In this document: in pieces, positions 47,173 to 56,529 of the stretch
Layout of the letters: the number at the start of each line of letters is the position of its first letter
Position numbering within the stretch: position 1 is the stretch's first letter
Assembly (NCBI GenBank): GCA_009391195.1
Contig: VEXB01000001.1
Location: 102,232-166,231 of the forward strand
Origin: SAR202 cluster bacterium AC-647-P02_OGT_505m
Lineage (GTDB): Bacteria > Chloroflexota > Dehalococcoidia > Lucifugimonadales > UBA826
DNA length: 64,000 nt
Direction of reading: 5' to 3'
Program-made: the position numbers and the translations under genes
The notes under the pieces: generated by a model
The model's input: only the letters and a program-made list of their open reading frames with translations
What the model was told of the DNA's origin: nothing
Databases searched by the model: none

Positions 47173-47367
47173 ATGTGGATTGAATATATGACAGCCCCCA
47201 ATCTCGCTACTGCAGAAATGTGGAAAGACGCGTTTGAAGGTGAAGGACTAGCTGCAAAAATAATGCCGGAAGGTGAAATTACCGATTGGGCAGAACAAGT
47301 TTCTTACAAAATCTACGTCCCAAAAGGCCGCGAGCACGTAGCTGACGAAATCCTAAGGAAACTTTAG
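47173..47367 (+). CDS. Small soluble protein (64 aa), DUF2007-like, between nuoK and nuoL
   Basis: It sits 16 nt after nuoK and 2 nt before nuoL on the same strand. The pattern ...NLATAEMWKDAFEGEGLAAKIMPEG...YKIYVPKGREHVADEILRKL resembles the DUF2007 small-domain layout (hydrophobic-x3-L-x3-LEaeGIpa...V.VP..d...A.eiL). Assigned by eye. Met6 is an alternative start. Confidence 0.55.
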   Translation: MWIEYMTAPNLATAEMWKDAFEGEGLAAKIMPEGEITDWAEQVSYKIYVPKGREHVADEILRKL

Positions 47368-47369
47368 AG

Positions 47370-49430
47370 ATGGTCAACGAACAACTAATTTGGGCCATAT
47401 TCTTTCTTCCACTGATCTCGTTCGGTTTAATTGCACTTATAATTAGGCCTTTTTTCAATCAAGCATCGGTAATAGCAGGACCTATAGCAGTTCTGTTTAT
47501 AGGTGCATCTTTCGTAATATCGATTCTTACTTTTATTGAACGCAACATAAATGGCACCCTCACTTTAGTTGGGGATCCAATAAATTGGTTGACCATAGGA
47601 GCCTTCAAATTAGAGGTTGGCATATTACTAGATCCTCTCACCACGACGATGCTTGTTGTCGTAACTGGTGTCAGCCTCATGGTGCAAATATATTCCACTT
47701 TTTATATGAAAGATCCAGGTTCTCATCATGGGACCGAAAATCAGGGTAGCGATTCAGAACCTGCAGAACTTGGTCAACCAGTGTACGCAAGATACTTTGC
47801 CTACATGTCCCTATTCACAGCTTCGATGCTCGGGCTAGTTATGGCCTCTAACGTCGTTCAGTTATTCGTATTTTGGGAACTGGTTGGTCTTTGCTCATAC
47901 CTTCTCATTGGATTCTGGTTCCATCGCCCTGCTGCTGCTGCGGCCGCCAAAAAGGCGTTCATTGTGACCAGGGTGGGAGACTTTGGATTCTTGCTTGCTC
48001 TGATGTATTTATTTTCCAAAACCTACCAAGAAAATATCAACTATTTAAACATTCAGACAATAAACGAAAATTTGCCAACATTAGTTAGTTCTGGAACCCT
48101 AGGCGCAGGGGCATTGACACTTATAGCGATAGGTTTTTTTGTTGGGGCAATAGGCAAGTCAGGACAATTCCCACTTCACACATGGCTTCCAGATGCTATG
48201 GAAGGACCAACACCTGTAAGCGCTCTTATACACGCTGCCACCATGGTCACAGCAGGGGTATTCCTAGTTGGAAGATTCTTCCCACTATTCCAAGCCTCGC
48301 AAGAAGCCATGATGGTCGTCGCACTCGTTGGTGGAATTACTGCATTATTTGCAGCAACTATGGGATTGGTTAGTAACGATATTAAACGAGTCCTCGCTTA
48401 TTCAACCGTGAGTCAGCTTGGGTACATGATGCTTGCGTTAGGAATAGGAGCTTACGGAGTAGCTATATTTCATCTATTTACGCATGCCTTTTTCAAAGCG
48501 TTACTCTTCCTGGGGTCAGGCAGCGTTAACCACGCAACCGGTACTTTTGACATGCGTTTTATGGGCGGACTAAGGAAAAAAATGCCCATAACCTATATCA
48601 CCTTCCTAATTGGAAGCCTAAGTCTGGCTGGTATTTTCCCGTTAGCTGGATTTTGGAGCAAAGACGAAATTTTGCTTAACGCGTTCAGATCAGGTTCGGA
48701 GGGTGGGGAAATCGTCAGCATGACAGTGTTCGTTCTAGCAATAATCGCGGTATTCATGACTGCCTTCTACATGTTCAGGGCTCTATTCATGACCTTTGAA
48801 GGGGAATTTAGAGGGGGATCTGAAAAAGATCCTGAAGCTAATCCCCATGGACCGGTACATCTGGGAGAATCACCGTTCTTGATGGTCCTTCCAATGTTAA
48901 TACTGGCAATTCCAGCTGTCATTATTGGATTCATAGCAAATCCGCCTGGGGAATTGCTAGGCATAAAAGCGCATTGGATGGTGCATACACTGGACCATAG
49001 CCTGCCTGACAGCATGCATCACCTTCTGAAAGGAGAATCATTCAGCGTACCACTTGCTGCTGTCTCATCCCTTGTAGCTTTATCAGGAATTGCTTTGGCG
49101 ATAGCTATGTACAAGCCAAAACCTCTCATATCACCAGAGTCAATAGGAAAAACGTTAAGACCTGTTCACACACTTCTATACAGAAAATACTACTTTGATG
49201 AACTCTACGAAGGTATTTTTGTACGTCAAATCTATTACAGGGGATTGGCACTGGCGTCAGACTGGACAGATAAAAACATTGTTGATAGAGCCGTTAACAT
49301 CGTTGGATGGACAGGTGCCAATTTTGGAGGATTGATAAGGCAATTCCAAAATGGGCAAATGCAGATGTATGCCACGGTAACCTCAATAGGCATTATAGTG
49401 ATTGCCGCCATATTCATTTTTGGTGATTAG
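47370..49430 (+). CDS. nuoL: NADH-quinone oxidoreductase subunit L
   Basis: 686 aa, an antiporter-like subunit, with GKSGQFPLHTWLPDAMEGPTPVSALIHAATMVTAGV. Confidence 0.92.
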   Translation: MVNEQLIWAIFFLPLISFGLIALIIRPFFNQASVIAGPIAVLFIGASFVISILTFIERNINGTLTLVGDPINWLTIGAFKLEVGILLDPLTTTMLVVVTGVSLMVQIYSTFYMKDPGSHHGTENQGSDSEPAELGQPVYARYFAYMSLFTASMLGLVMASNVVQLFVFWELVGLCSYLLIGFWFHRPAAAAAAKKAFIVTRVGDFGFLLALMYLFSKTYQENINYLNIQTINENLPTLVSSGTLGAGALTLIAIGFFVGAIGKSGQFPLHTWLPDAMEGPTPVSALIHAATMVTAGVFLVGRFFPLFQASQEAMMVVALVGGITALFAATMGLVSNDIKRVLAYSTVSQLGYMMLALGIGAYGVAIFHLFTHAFFKALLFLGSGSVNHATGTFDMRFMGGLRKKMPITYITFLIGSLSLAGIFPLAGFWSKDEILLNAFRSGSEGGEIVSMTVFVLAIIAVFMTAFYMFRALFMTFEGEFRGGSEKDPEANPHGPVHLGESPFLMVLPMLILAIPAVIIGFIANPPGELLGIKAHWMVHTLDHSLPDSMHHLLKGESFSVPLAAVSSLVALSGIALAIAMYKPKPLISPESIGKTLRPVHTLLYRKYYFDELYEGIFVRQIYYRGLALASDWTDKNIVDRAVNIVGWTGANFGGLIRQFQNGQMQMYATVTSIGIIVIAAIFIFGD

Positions 49431-49438
49431 GAAGTAGA

Positions 49439-50947
49439 TTGTTAACAGAATTCTCAGGACTACTAACACTAGCAATATTTCTCCCAATAGCGGGAGCAAT
49501 TGTAATTGCCCTATTCTTAAACGGAACAGTAGCTAGGGGATTCGCTCTCGCAACCACTTTAGTTGAACTATTAATAACCTCGTATATTTTCCTGCTTTAC
49601 GACAAAGAGAAAGGAGGATATCAACTGGTGGAAAAATTCGAAGGGTGGATACCCTTTGATACGTTCCGGGTGGACTATTTCCTAGGCATCGACGGTCTCA
49701 GCGCACCTCTAGTACTGCTGACAGGCATTCTAGGAATTGTGGCCGTGTTCGCATCTTGGAACGTCTCCCAGAGAATGAAAGAACATTTCATGTGGCTTCT
49801 AGTTCTCCAAGGGGCCGTGATCGGTGTCTTTTGTGCTCTGGACTTTTTCCTGTTTTTCCTGTTTTGGGAACTAGAACTTATACCCATGTTCTTCCTAATT
49901 TCCATTTGGGGAACTGGTCGAAAAGAATATTCAGCAATGAAATTTGTCATTTTCACTATATTGGGTAGTGCATTTATGCTCGTTGGAATACTTGCGCTTT
50001 ATTTCTCTACCAATACTTTTGATATGACACTACTACCTGAAAAAATAGCAGCTGCAAATCTCATTATGCCTGCATCTGTTCTATTTTTCCTAACCATCAT
50101 CGGATTCGCTATCAAGCTTCCTGTATTTCCATTCCACACCTGGTTGCCAGATGCCCACACTGACGCGCCCACAGCGGCAAGCGTAATGTTAGCTGGAATA
50201 CTGTTGAAAATGGGCGGATACGGGATGTTTCGCATCTCAGCAGCGATGTTCCCAGAACAATTAGTCGATTACTCTTGGCTTCTGGCAACTCTTGGAGTCA
50301 TCAATATTTTATATGGGGCCGCAATCACTATAAGGCAGACTGATCTTAAGAGGTTGATCGCATACAGCAGTGTGAGCCACATGGGATTTGTACTGCTAGG
50401 AATTGCCGCAGCGAAGGGAGGCACAGCAGAGCTGGGCCTAAATGGTGCTGCATTACAAATGTTCACTCACGGTACAATCACGGGGCTTTTATTCTTAACC
50501 GTGGGATTTATTTATGACAGAGCTCACACACGACATATACCTGATCTTGGAGGTTTAGCGGGTAGAATGCCCTTTCTTGCCGCCTCGTTATTGGTAGCAG
50601 GACTTGCTTCCCTTGGTCTACCTGGTACAAGTGGGTTTGTGGCAGAGATAACTATATTCCTAGGTAGCTTTCCAGCTTGGCATTGGTTTGCAGCACTTGC
50701 TGCAATAGGGGTTGTACTGACGGCTGGATATATCTTATGGATGATTCAGAGAGTAATGTTTGGTCCCAGACCAGCACACCATAATAACCTTACTGATGCT
50801 TCTATACCCGAAATGATTCCTATAGCGATACTAGTTGCTTCTATTTTCGTTGTGGGAATTTATCCTGCCGCAATATCAGATGTATTTAATTCAGGCCTGA
50901 ACCCTATAGTTGATGGGTTAAGTGGTTACGTCACGGGGGCTAAATAG
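49439..50947 (+). CDS. nuoM: NADH-quinone oxidoreductase subunit M
   Basis: 502 aa with KLPVFPFHTWLPDAHTDAPTAASVMLAGILLKMGGYG. TTG start after AGGAAG. Confidence 0.92.
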   Translation: MLTEFSGLLTLAIFLPIAGAIVIALFLNGTVARGFALATTLVELLITSYIFLLYDKEKGGYQLVEKFEGWIPFDTFRVDYFLGIDGLSAPLVLLTGILGIVAVFASWNVSQRMKEHFMWLLVLQGAVIGVFCALDFFLFFLFWELELIPMFFLISIWGTGRKEYSAMKFVIFTILGSAFMLVGILALYFSTNTFDMTLLPEKIAAANLIMPASVLFFLTIIGFAIKLPVFPFHTWLPDAHTDAPTAASVMLAGILLKMGGYGMFRISAAMFPEQLVDYSWLLATLGVINILYGAAITIRQTDLKRLIAYSSVSHMGFVLLGIAAAKGGTAELGLNGAALQMFTHGTITGLLFLTVGFIYDRAHTRHIPDLGGLAGRMPFLAASLLVAGLASLGLPGTSGFVAEITIFLGSFPAWHWFAALAAIGVVLTAGYILWMIQRVMFGPRPAHHNNLTDASIPEMIPIAILVASIFVVGIYPAAISDVFNSGLNPIVDGLSGYVTGAK

Positions 50948-50948
50948 C

Positions 50949-52427
50949 ATGAACCTCCAAGACATATATCTCATATCCCCAGAGATTGGCATAGCTATAG
51001 TCGCCGCGTTTGTAATCATAATTGACCTGTTTGTTTCCAACAAAAAAGTACTTCCCGTTGTGGCATTGGTAACTCTACTAATCCCACTATTTCTCACAAT
51101 CCAACTCCACTTAGATACAGATATCGGATCCAAAACGGGTTTTTCAGGTACATTCCAAGTCGACGATTTTGCTATATTTTTCAAGTACCTGATCCTCGGA
51201 TCAACTGCTATCGTAATTTTATCTTCGACTCAATATGCAAGAAGATTTGGCGGACATCAGGGTGAGTATTACGCCCTGATTCTTTTTTCGGCTGCAGGAA
51301 TGATGCTCCTGGCTTCCTCGATGGAACTAATCACCCTATACATTGCGCTTGAACTCACTGCTCTGCCTTCAGCAGCGCTTGCAGCATTTATTCGCCAGCG
51401 AAAATCGGCAGAAGCCGGAATCAAATTTCTTGTGCTCAGTGCCGTCAGTTCGGCGGTATTACTCTATGGAATGGTCCTGGTTTACGGGCTCACTGGGTCC
51501 AGCCACCTTAATGAAATAGCCTCCTCCATTACTAACAACGGATTGGGCTCTAGCCCTGCTCTATTATTTGGAATCGTGCTTATTACAGCTGGTTTCGGAT
51601 TCAAAATATCAGCTGTACCTTTCCAAATGTGGGCACCAGATGTTTACGAAGGAGCCCCAACACCAGTTACAGGATTTCTCTCAGTGGCGAGTAAGGCGGC
51701 AGGATTTGCGATCATATTACGAGTGTTTTATACATCTTTTGGCTTAGACAATGCCAACATTGACTGGGCCAACATGATGGCTGTTTTAAGCGCAATATCT
51801 ATGTCGGTAGGAAACCTGATTGCAATTAGACAAAATAACATCAAGAGGATGTTAGCCTACAGTACCGTTGCACAAGCGGGATACCTAATGGTAGGACTAG
51901 CAGCAATAACAGCTCTACCTGGTGGAGACGATAACGCGGGACCAATAGGTGTTCTATTTTACCTCGCGGGATACGCTATGACGAATCTAGCAGCATTCAG
52001 CGTTGTGATAGCCGTTTCTAACAAAACAAACAACGACTCAATAAACTCTTTTTCTGGACTTGCGAGGAAATCTCCATTACTTGCGGGAGCTATGGCCCTA
52101 GCTATGATTTCCCTTATAGGTATACCGCCAACTGTGGGTTTTATGGCAAAAATATATTTATTTAGTGCCGCGATGGACACAGGATTGGAATGGTTAGCAA
52201 TCGTCGGTGTAATTAACAGCGTAATCTCTGCCTACTATTACCTTCGGGTTGTCAAAGTGATGTTTCTTTCCAGCCCTAAAGAGAATGAAAAAGATTCAGA
52301 AACTTCTTACGGCGTTGGAGCTGTTTCTGCTGCCGTAATAGCAATGGCAGGTACATTCTTATTTGGAATATATCCTGAACCCATTTTGAGAATAGCCCAC
52401 ACCGCTATTGACTCTCTTATAGGCTAA
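50949..52427 (+). CDS. nuoN: NADH-quinone oxidoreductase subunit N
   Basis: Contains KISAVPFQMWAPDVYEGAPTPVTGFLSVASKAAGF. The likely ATG at 50949 (MNLQDIYLISPEIG) lies 2 nt after the nuoM stop. The listed start at 50922 overlaps nuoM. Confidence 0.9.
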   Translation: MNLQDIYLISPEIGIAIVAAFVIIIDLFVSNKKVLPVVALVTLLIPLFLTIQLHLDTDIGSKTGFSGTFQVDDFAIFFKYLILGSTAIVILSSTQYARRFGGHQGEYYALILFSAAGMMLLASSMELITLYIALELTALPSAALAAFIRQRKSAEAGIKFLVLSAVSSAVLLYGMVLVYGLTGSSHLNEIASSITNNGLGSSPALLFGIVLITAGFGFKISAVPFQMWAPDVYEGAPTPVTGFLSVASKAAGFAIILRVFYTSFGLDNANIDWANMMAVLSAISMSVGNLIAIRQNNIKRMLAYSTVAQAGYLMVGLAAITALPGGDDNAGPIGVLFYLAGYAMTNLAAFSVVIAVSNKTNNDSINSFSGLARKSPLLAGAMALAMISLIGIPPTVGFMAKIYLFSAAMDTGLEWLAIVGVINSVISAYYYLRVVKVMFLSSPKENEKDSETSYGVGAVSAAVIAMAGTFLFGIYPEPILRIAHTAIDSLIG

Positions 52428-52536
52428 CAACTTAGACCCCATCCCATCTAACTTGATTGTTTGTCTATAATATTTATAGGCCTAAACACATGTTTGCTCA
52501 TTCCAGCTTCAAATGTCCCTGCCCCGGTGAAGAAAT

Positions 52537-53439
52537 ATGTCTAATAGAAATAGAATAGCTTTCATTCATAATTCGCGAATGCCCGAAACTAAAGAAAAGG
52601 CACAAGAGTTCATTGATGGACTTGGCCTGAAGGATAGGGCATGGATCTCCTCAGCCGGAAATCTGCAAAATAATACATACGAGCTTGAAGATACATCCCT
52701 AGTGATAGTGGTTGGTGGTGATGGAACCATTCTCAGAGCTGTGAGAGCTACAAGCCCTTTCAATGTACCCGTCGTAGGGGTCAAGATGGGGAAGGTAGGA
52801 TTCATGGCTGAACTAAGTCCTGAAGAGGCCATCTCCCAATTGCCAGAATTTATATCCTATGTATCTAAAGATGAACAATCTGAATCCGTCATCAGGGTAG
52901 AGGAACGAATGATGATCGAAGCCAAAGTTATGCCTGCTTCAGGTACCCAACCTCGTATTGCAATACACGCATTAAACGATATTACCGTTGGTACTAGCAA
53001 GGCGGCTAGACTTGTGGAGCTTGAAGCATCAGTAAACCAAGTTCACCTTACAAATTACAGAGCAGACGCTGTAATAATATCTACCGCTACAGGAAGTACA
53101 GGTTATGCCCTATCTGCTGGTGGACCTATAGTTTTCCCAGAAGCCAAAATGATGATACTACAGCCAGTGGCAGCCCATACTGGACTCAGGGACGGACTTA
53201 TTCTAGCCCCAGATTCATTAATTGAACTTGAGGCTTCAGATGGATACCAAGCATCTATCAGCGCAGATGGATTTGTGGATTCAGTACTTGAGTCGGGTGA
53301 AAAAGTTATAGTCCGCAGAAGCCCTCACACTGCAAAATTTCTCAGAGCACACCAACCAGACTTCTTTTACACTGCCTTGAACATGAGGCTAGGTTTGGCC
53401 TATAGGTCACAGAGACCACCTGAAGATCCCACAACCTGA
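52537..53439 (+). CDS. nadK: NAD+ kinase
   Basis: 300 aa with VVVGGDGTILRA, NDITV and TATGSTGYALSAGGPIV. Confidence 0.88.
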   Translation: MSNRNRIAFIHNSRMPETKEKAQEFIDGLGLKDRAWISSAGNLQNNTYELEDTSLVIVVGGDGTILRAVRATSPFNVPVVGVKMGKVGFMAELSPEEAISQLPEFISYVSKDEQSESVIRVEERMMIEAKVMPASGTQPRIAIHALNDITVGTSKAARLVELEASVNQVHLTNYRADAVIISTATGSTGYALSAGGPIVFPEAKMMILQPVAAHTGLRDGLILAPDSLIELEASDGYQASISADGFVDSVLESGEKVIVRRSPHTAKFLRAHQPDFFYTALNMRLGLAYRSQRPPEDPTT

Positions 53440-53461
53440 CAAATCACTAATGTGAGCACGA

Positions 53462-53998
53462 ATGCAACCAATAGAACAAGACCGAACAATTAAGTCCGAA
53501 ACCAAATACGAAGGCAAAATTATTAACGTCAGGGAAGACACTATTTTGTTAGATAGTGGTGGTCAGGCCCAACGAGAAGTAGCTGAGCATCGACCTGCCG
53601 TAGCAATTCTGCCCATTGATCAAGAAAATAATGCTCTGCTGGTGAGGCAGTACAGACACCCTACGAAGCAGATGATTCTTGAGGTTCCGGCGGGATTGGT
53701 AGAGTTGGGAGAGGAACCAGATGATAGTGCCATGCGAGAGCTTCGCGAGGAGACTGGATATTCCTCTCGGAACCTGAGGCTACTTGGTGGCCTTTGGTCA
53801 AGCCCAGGATTCACCGACGAGTACCTTTATTGTTACATAGCCAAAGACCTTGTTGAAAACAGGTTGCAACCGGATGAGGATGAGGAAATAACGGTGGAAA
53901 GAATTCCATTATCTAGAGTAAATCAGTTAATAAGACTTGGAGAAATTCAAGATGCAAAGACAGTGGCACTTATTTTGATGGCCACAAACATCTTCTAA
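53462..53998 (+). CDS. NUDIX hydrolase (ADP-ribose pyrophosphatase-like)
   Basis: 178 aa with the Nudix box GLVELGEEPDDSAMRELREETGY and a NudF-like layout. Confidence 0.8.
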   Translation: MQPIEQDRTIKSETKYEGKIINVREDTILLDSGGQAQREVAEHRPAVAILPIDQENNALLVRQYRHPTKQMILEVPAGLVELGEEPDDSAMRELREETGYSSRNLRLLGGLWSSPGFTDEYLYCYIAKDLVENRLQPDEDEEITVERIPLSRVNQLIRLGEIQDAKTVALILMATNIF

Positions 53999-54026
53999 TT
54001 TCAAAAAATTTGGGAAGGATCATATT

Positions 54027-55385
54027 ATGGCCTCTTTAGAAGAAATGTTGAACCAGCTAGATGCGCTTGAGGAAGAACTCGTAATACTGGAACAAGAACT
54101 TGTTCGTATCCCCTCTGTAAATACAGGCTCTATGCCTACTGGAAATGAAACCCCTGTCTGTGATTTCATTAAAAAATGGTTTTTAAATGATGGCATCGAA
54201 TCAGACATCTTGTTCAGAGATCCCAACAGAGGCAACATAATCTCTAAGCTCGAGGGAACCAGTGGAAAAACTGGCTTGATTTTTATGTCTCATACCGATG
54301 TCGTTCCCGTCGAGGATGAAAGCAAATGGACCTACCCACCCTTTAGCGCTGAAATACACGATGGCCGTATTTATGGACGCGGTGCCTCAGATTGCAAGGG
54401 ATTACTTACAGCTCAGATGATGGCAATGAGGGTTTTAAAGAATAACAACGTAAGTCTCAAAGATAGTTTGGTATTAATCTCAGGAGCTGACGAGGAGCAT
54501 GGCGGACGATACGGATTTGGCTGGCTCGCTGAAAACCATCCTGAAGTGTTGGATGCTCCGTTTGCGGTAAACGAAGGAGGTGGAACGCCGATCGAGGCAG
54601 CTGGGTCCTTAACATACGTACTCGGCGTTGGAGAAAAAGGTAGATTACAGGTCGAAATAGATATCAAGGGAACCAGCTCCCATGCTTCAGTTCCTTGGCA
54701 AGGCAACAACGCCTTGTATCGACTTCAAAAACTTTTGCAGAGACTGGAAGAGTACGAGCCAGAAAGAGATACAAGTACTAGTTTATTTGAGCATCTCTCT
54801 ACATTTGCGATAGAGCACAAACCTTCAGCTGAAAATGTCGACGAAATTATCCTTGAACAAGAAAAACGGAACCCACGTTTTGCATCAATGCTTAAAGCAC
54901 TATCTAGAATGACAATAACACCTACTATGATTAACGGTGGTATCAAATCCAACAGTGTGCCTGAGGACATTCATCTCACATGTGATGTACGAACATTACC
55001 AAATCAAAGCGAGGATTATCTGAGGCAAGAGCTGGATAAGCTAATTGAGGGTATACCTGGGATCGAATATGAAATCGACTATATGGCTGTACCAAACTCA
55101 TCGGAATTTGAAACTGAACTTATGGAAAGTCTAAAGATGGCCACTCAAAAGGCATTAGACAGAGATGATATTCAATTCGTACCGGCTATTAGTACAGGGT
55201 TTACAGACTCAAGATTCACACGGCCTCTTGGGGTTATAACATATGGATTTTCTGGATCACATCCTGAAGATGATCCAATGCTGAGCAGAGCTCATGGAAC
55301 CGATGAGTCAATAGGTATTAAAAGCCTGGTTAGCGGAGCAAAAGTTATGCTGCATCTGGCTTACGATCTTTTGGCAGTTAAATAG
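54027..55385 (+). CDS. M20-family metallopeptidase / deacylase (ArgE/DapE/CPG2-like)
   Basis: 452 aa with metal-ligand contexts SHTDVVP, GRGASDCKG and GADEEHGG. Confidence 0.8.
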   Translation: MASLEEMLNQLDALEEELVILEQELVRIPSVNTGSMPTGNETPVCDFIKKWFLNDGIESDILFRDPNRGNIISKLEGTSGKTGLIFMSHTDVVPVEDESKWTYPPFSAEIHDGRIYGRGASDCKGLLTAQMMAMRVLKNNNVSLKDSLVLISGADEEHGGRYGFGWLAENHPEVLDAPFAVNEGGGTPIEAAGSLTYVLGVGEKGRLQVEIDIKGTSSHASVPWQGNNALYRLQKLLQRLEEYEPERDTSTSLFEHLSTFAIEHKPSAENVDEIILEQEKRNPRFASMLKALSRMTITPTMINGGIKSNSVPEDIHLTCDVRTLPNQSEDYLRQELDKLIEGIPGIEYEIDYMAVPNSSEFETELMESLKMATQKALDRDDIQFVPAISTGFTDSRFTRPLGVITYGFSGSHPEDDPMLSRAHGTDESIGIKSLVSGAKVMLHLAYDLLAVK

Positions 55386-55389
55386 AGGA

Positions 55390-56523
55390 TTATACGGAAA
55401 AACATTCTCCCCTTTTAGCCATCATATTACTGTTCAGTACTGCTCCTAGACCAGGACCTTTGGGCAAATAGATGTTTCCATCCCTGATAACCTCAGCAGG
55501 TTCTATAAGCTCAGACCTCCAGTCTGATTCAGACACAGCATGCTCTAAAGCCATAGAACATTCAACTGCGGCAGTTGAGTGAGCCGATGCCAGTAAAGAA
55601 ACAGGTCCTGACGGACTGTGCAATGAAACTCCCGCTCCCTTACAGCGTGCTAAGCGACCGATCCTAACGCTTTCCGAAACTCCGCCACAGTATTTTATAT
55701 CTGGCATTACTATCTCCAAAGATCCACTAGACAAAAGTGCATCAAAAAAAGGTTCCCCATATCCTGATTCTCCACCTGCAACAGGCATTGATACTTTTTT
55801 TACCACATCAGAAAGTGAACGGGAATGGTCATTAGGTGAAAGAGGTTCCTCAAACCAACCAATTGAGACAGATTCAAGTTTTTCAGCAACTTGACTAGCA
55901 GTCTCAGGAGTAAACCTACTATGACAATCTATCAATACGGTTATAGACTCCCCAACAGCTCTACGAATAGACTTCACTCTTTCAATACCCATTTCCGCTG
56001 ATTTCAATATCCACTCTGAGGAATCACTTGGACTCACTTCATCAAACGGGGCACATTTAATAATAGAAAACCCCCTCTTAACAGCATTTTCCGCTGCTGC
56101 CGCAAAGTCGTTTGGTGCTCTATCTGTGGAAAATAATCCTCGATTGATATTTGCATAGACTGGAACTTTCTCAATTTTTCCCCCATTAAACGTCTCGTTC
56201 AAAGATATGTCTTTCTCCATAGCTGAAAGCTGAGTAATAGCAGTTCGAACAGCGCTTATAGCAGCTGACTCCACTGACCTCCCATCCATAATATGATCAA
56301 TATTGAGAATGGATTCCACATCTGATTCATCTTCAACTAATTGTTCTGACAGATAGCCAGTCATCTGATGTATTAATTTTGCTACTTCTCCCGACGAAGA
56401 CCCCTTTGTAAACTCAACAACAGTTTCTAGTCCGTTCGAATTCATTACTTTGGCAAAATACCACGCTGTCTTAGGGGTAACCCTTACTTTTATAAACCTG
56501 ACTTGGTCAATCTGAATATTCAT
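55390..56523 (-). CDS. Enolase-superfamily enzyme (mandelate racemase / muconate lactonizing enzyme-like)
   Basis: 377 aa with TIM-barrel metal-ligand contexts LIDCHSRF, WFEEPL and PVAGGES, plus IVMPDIKYCGG. Confidence 0.75.
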   Translation of the reverse strand: MNIQIDQVRFIKVRVTPKTAWYFAKVMNSNGLETVVEFTKGSSSGEVAKLIHQMTGYLSEQLVEDESDVESILNIDHIMDGRSVESAAISAVRTAITQLSAMEKDISLNETFNGGKIEKVPVYANINRGLFSTDRAPNDFAAAAENAVKRGFSIIKCAPFDEVSPSDSSEWILKSAEMGIERVKSIRRAVGESITVLIDCHSRFTPETASQVAEKLESVSIGWFEEPLSPNDHSRSLSDVVKKVSMPVAGGESGYGEPFFDALLSSGSLEIVMPDIKYCGGVSESVRIGRLARCKGAGVSLHSPSGPVSLLASAHSTAAVECSMALEHAVSESDWRSELIEPAEVIRDGNIYLPKGPGLGAVLNSNMMAKRGECFSV

Positions 56524-56529
56524 ATATAT

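Noticed and set aside
52428-52536. Perfect TATAAT and the palindrome CTATAA-TAT-TTATAG between nuoN and nadK
   Set aside because: No acceptable -35 element lies at 16-18 nt, and the palindrome is AT-only and very short. The evidence is insufficient to call a promoter or terminator.
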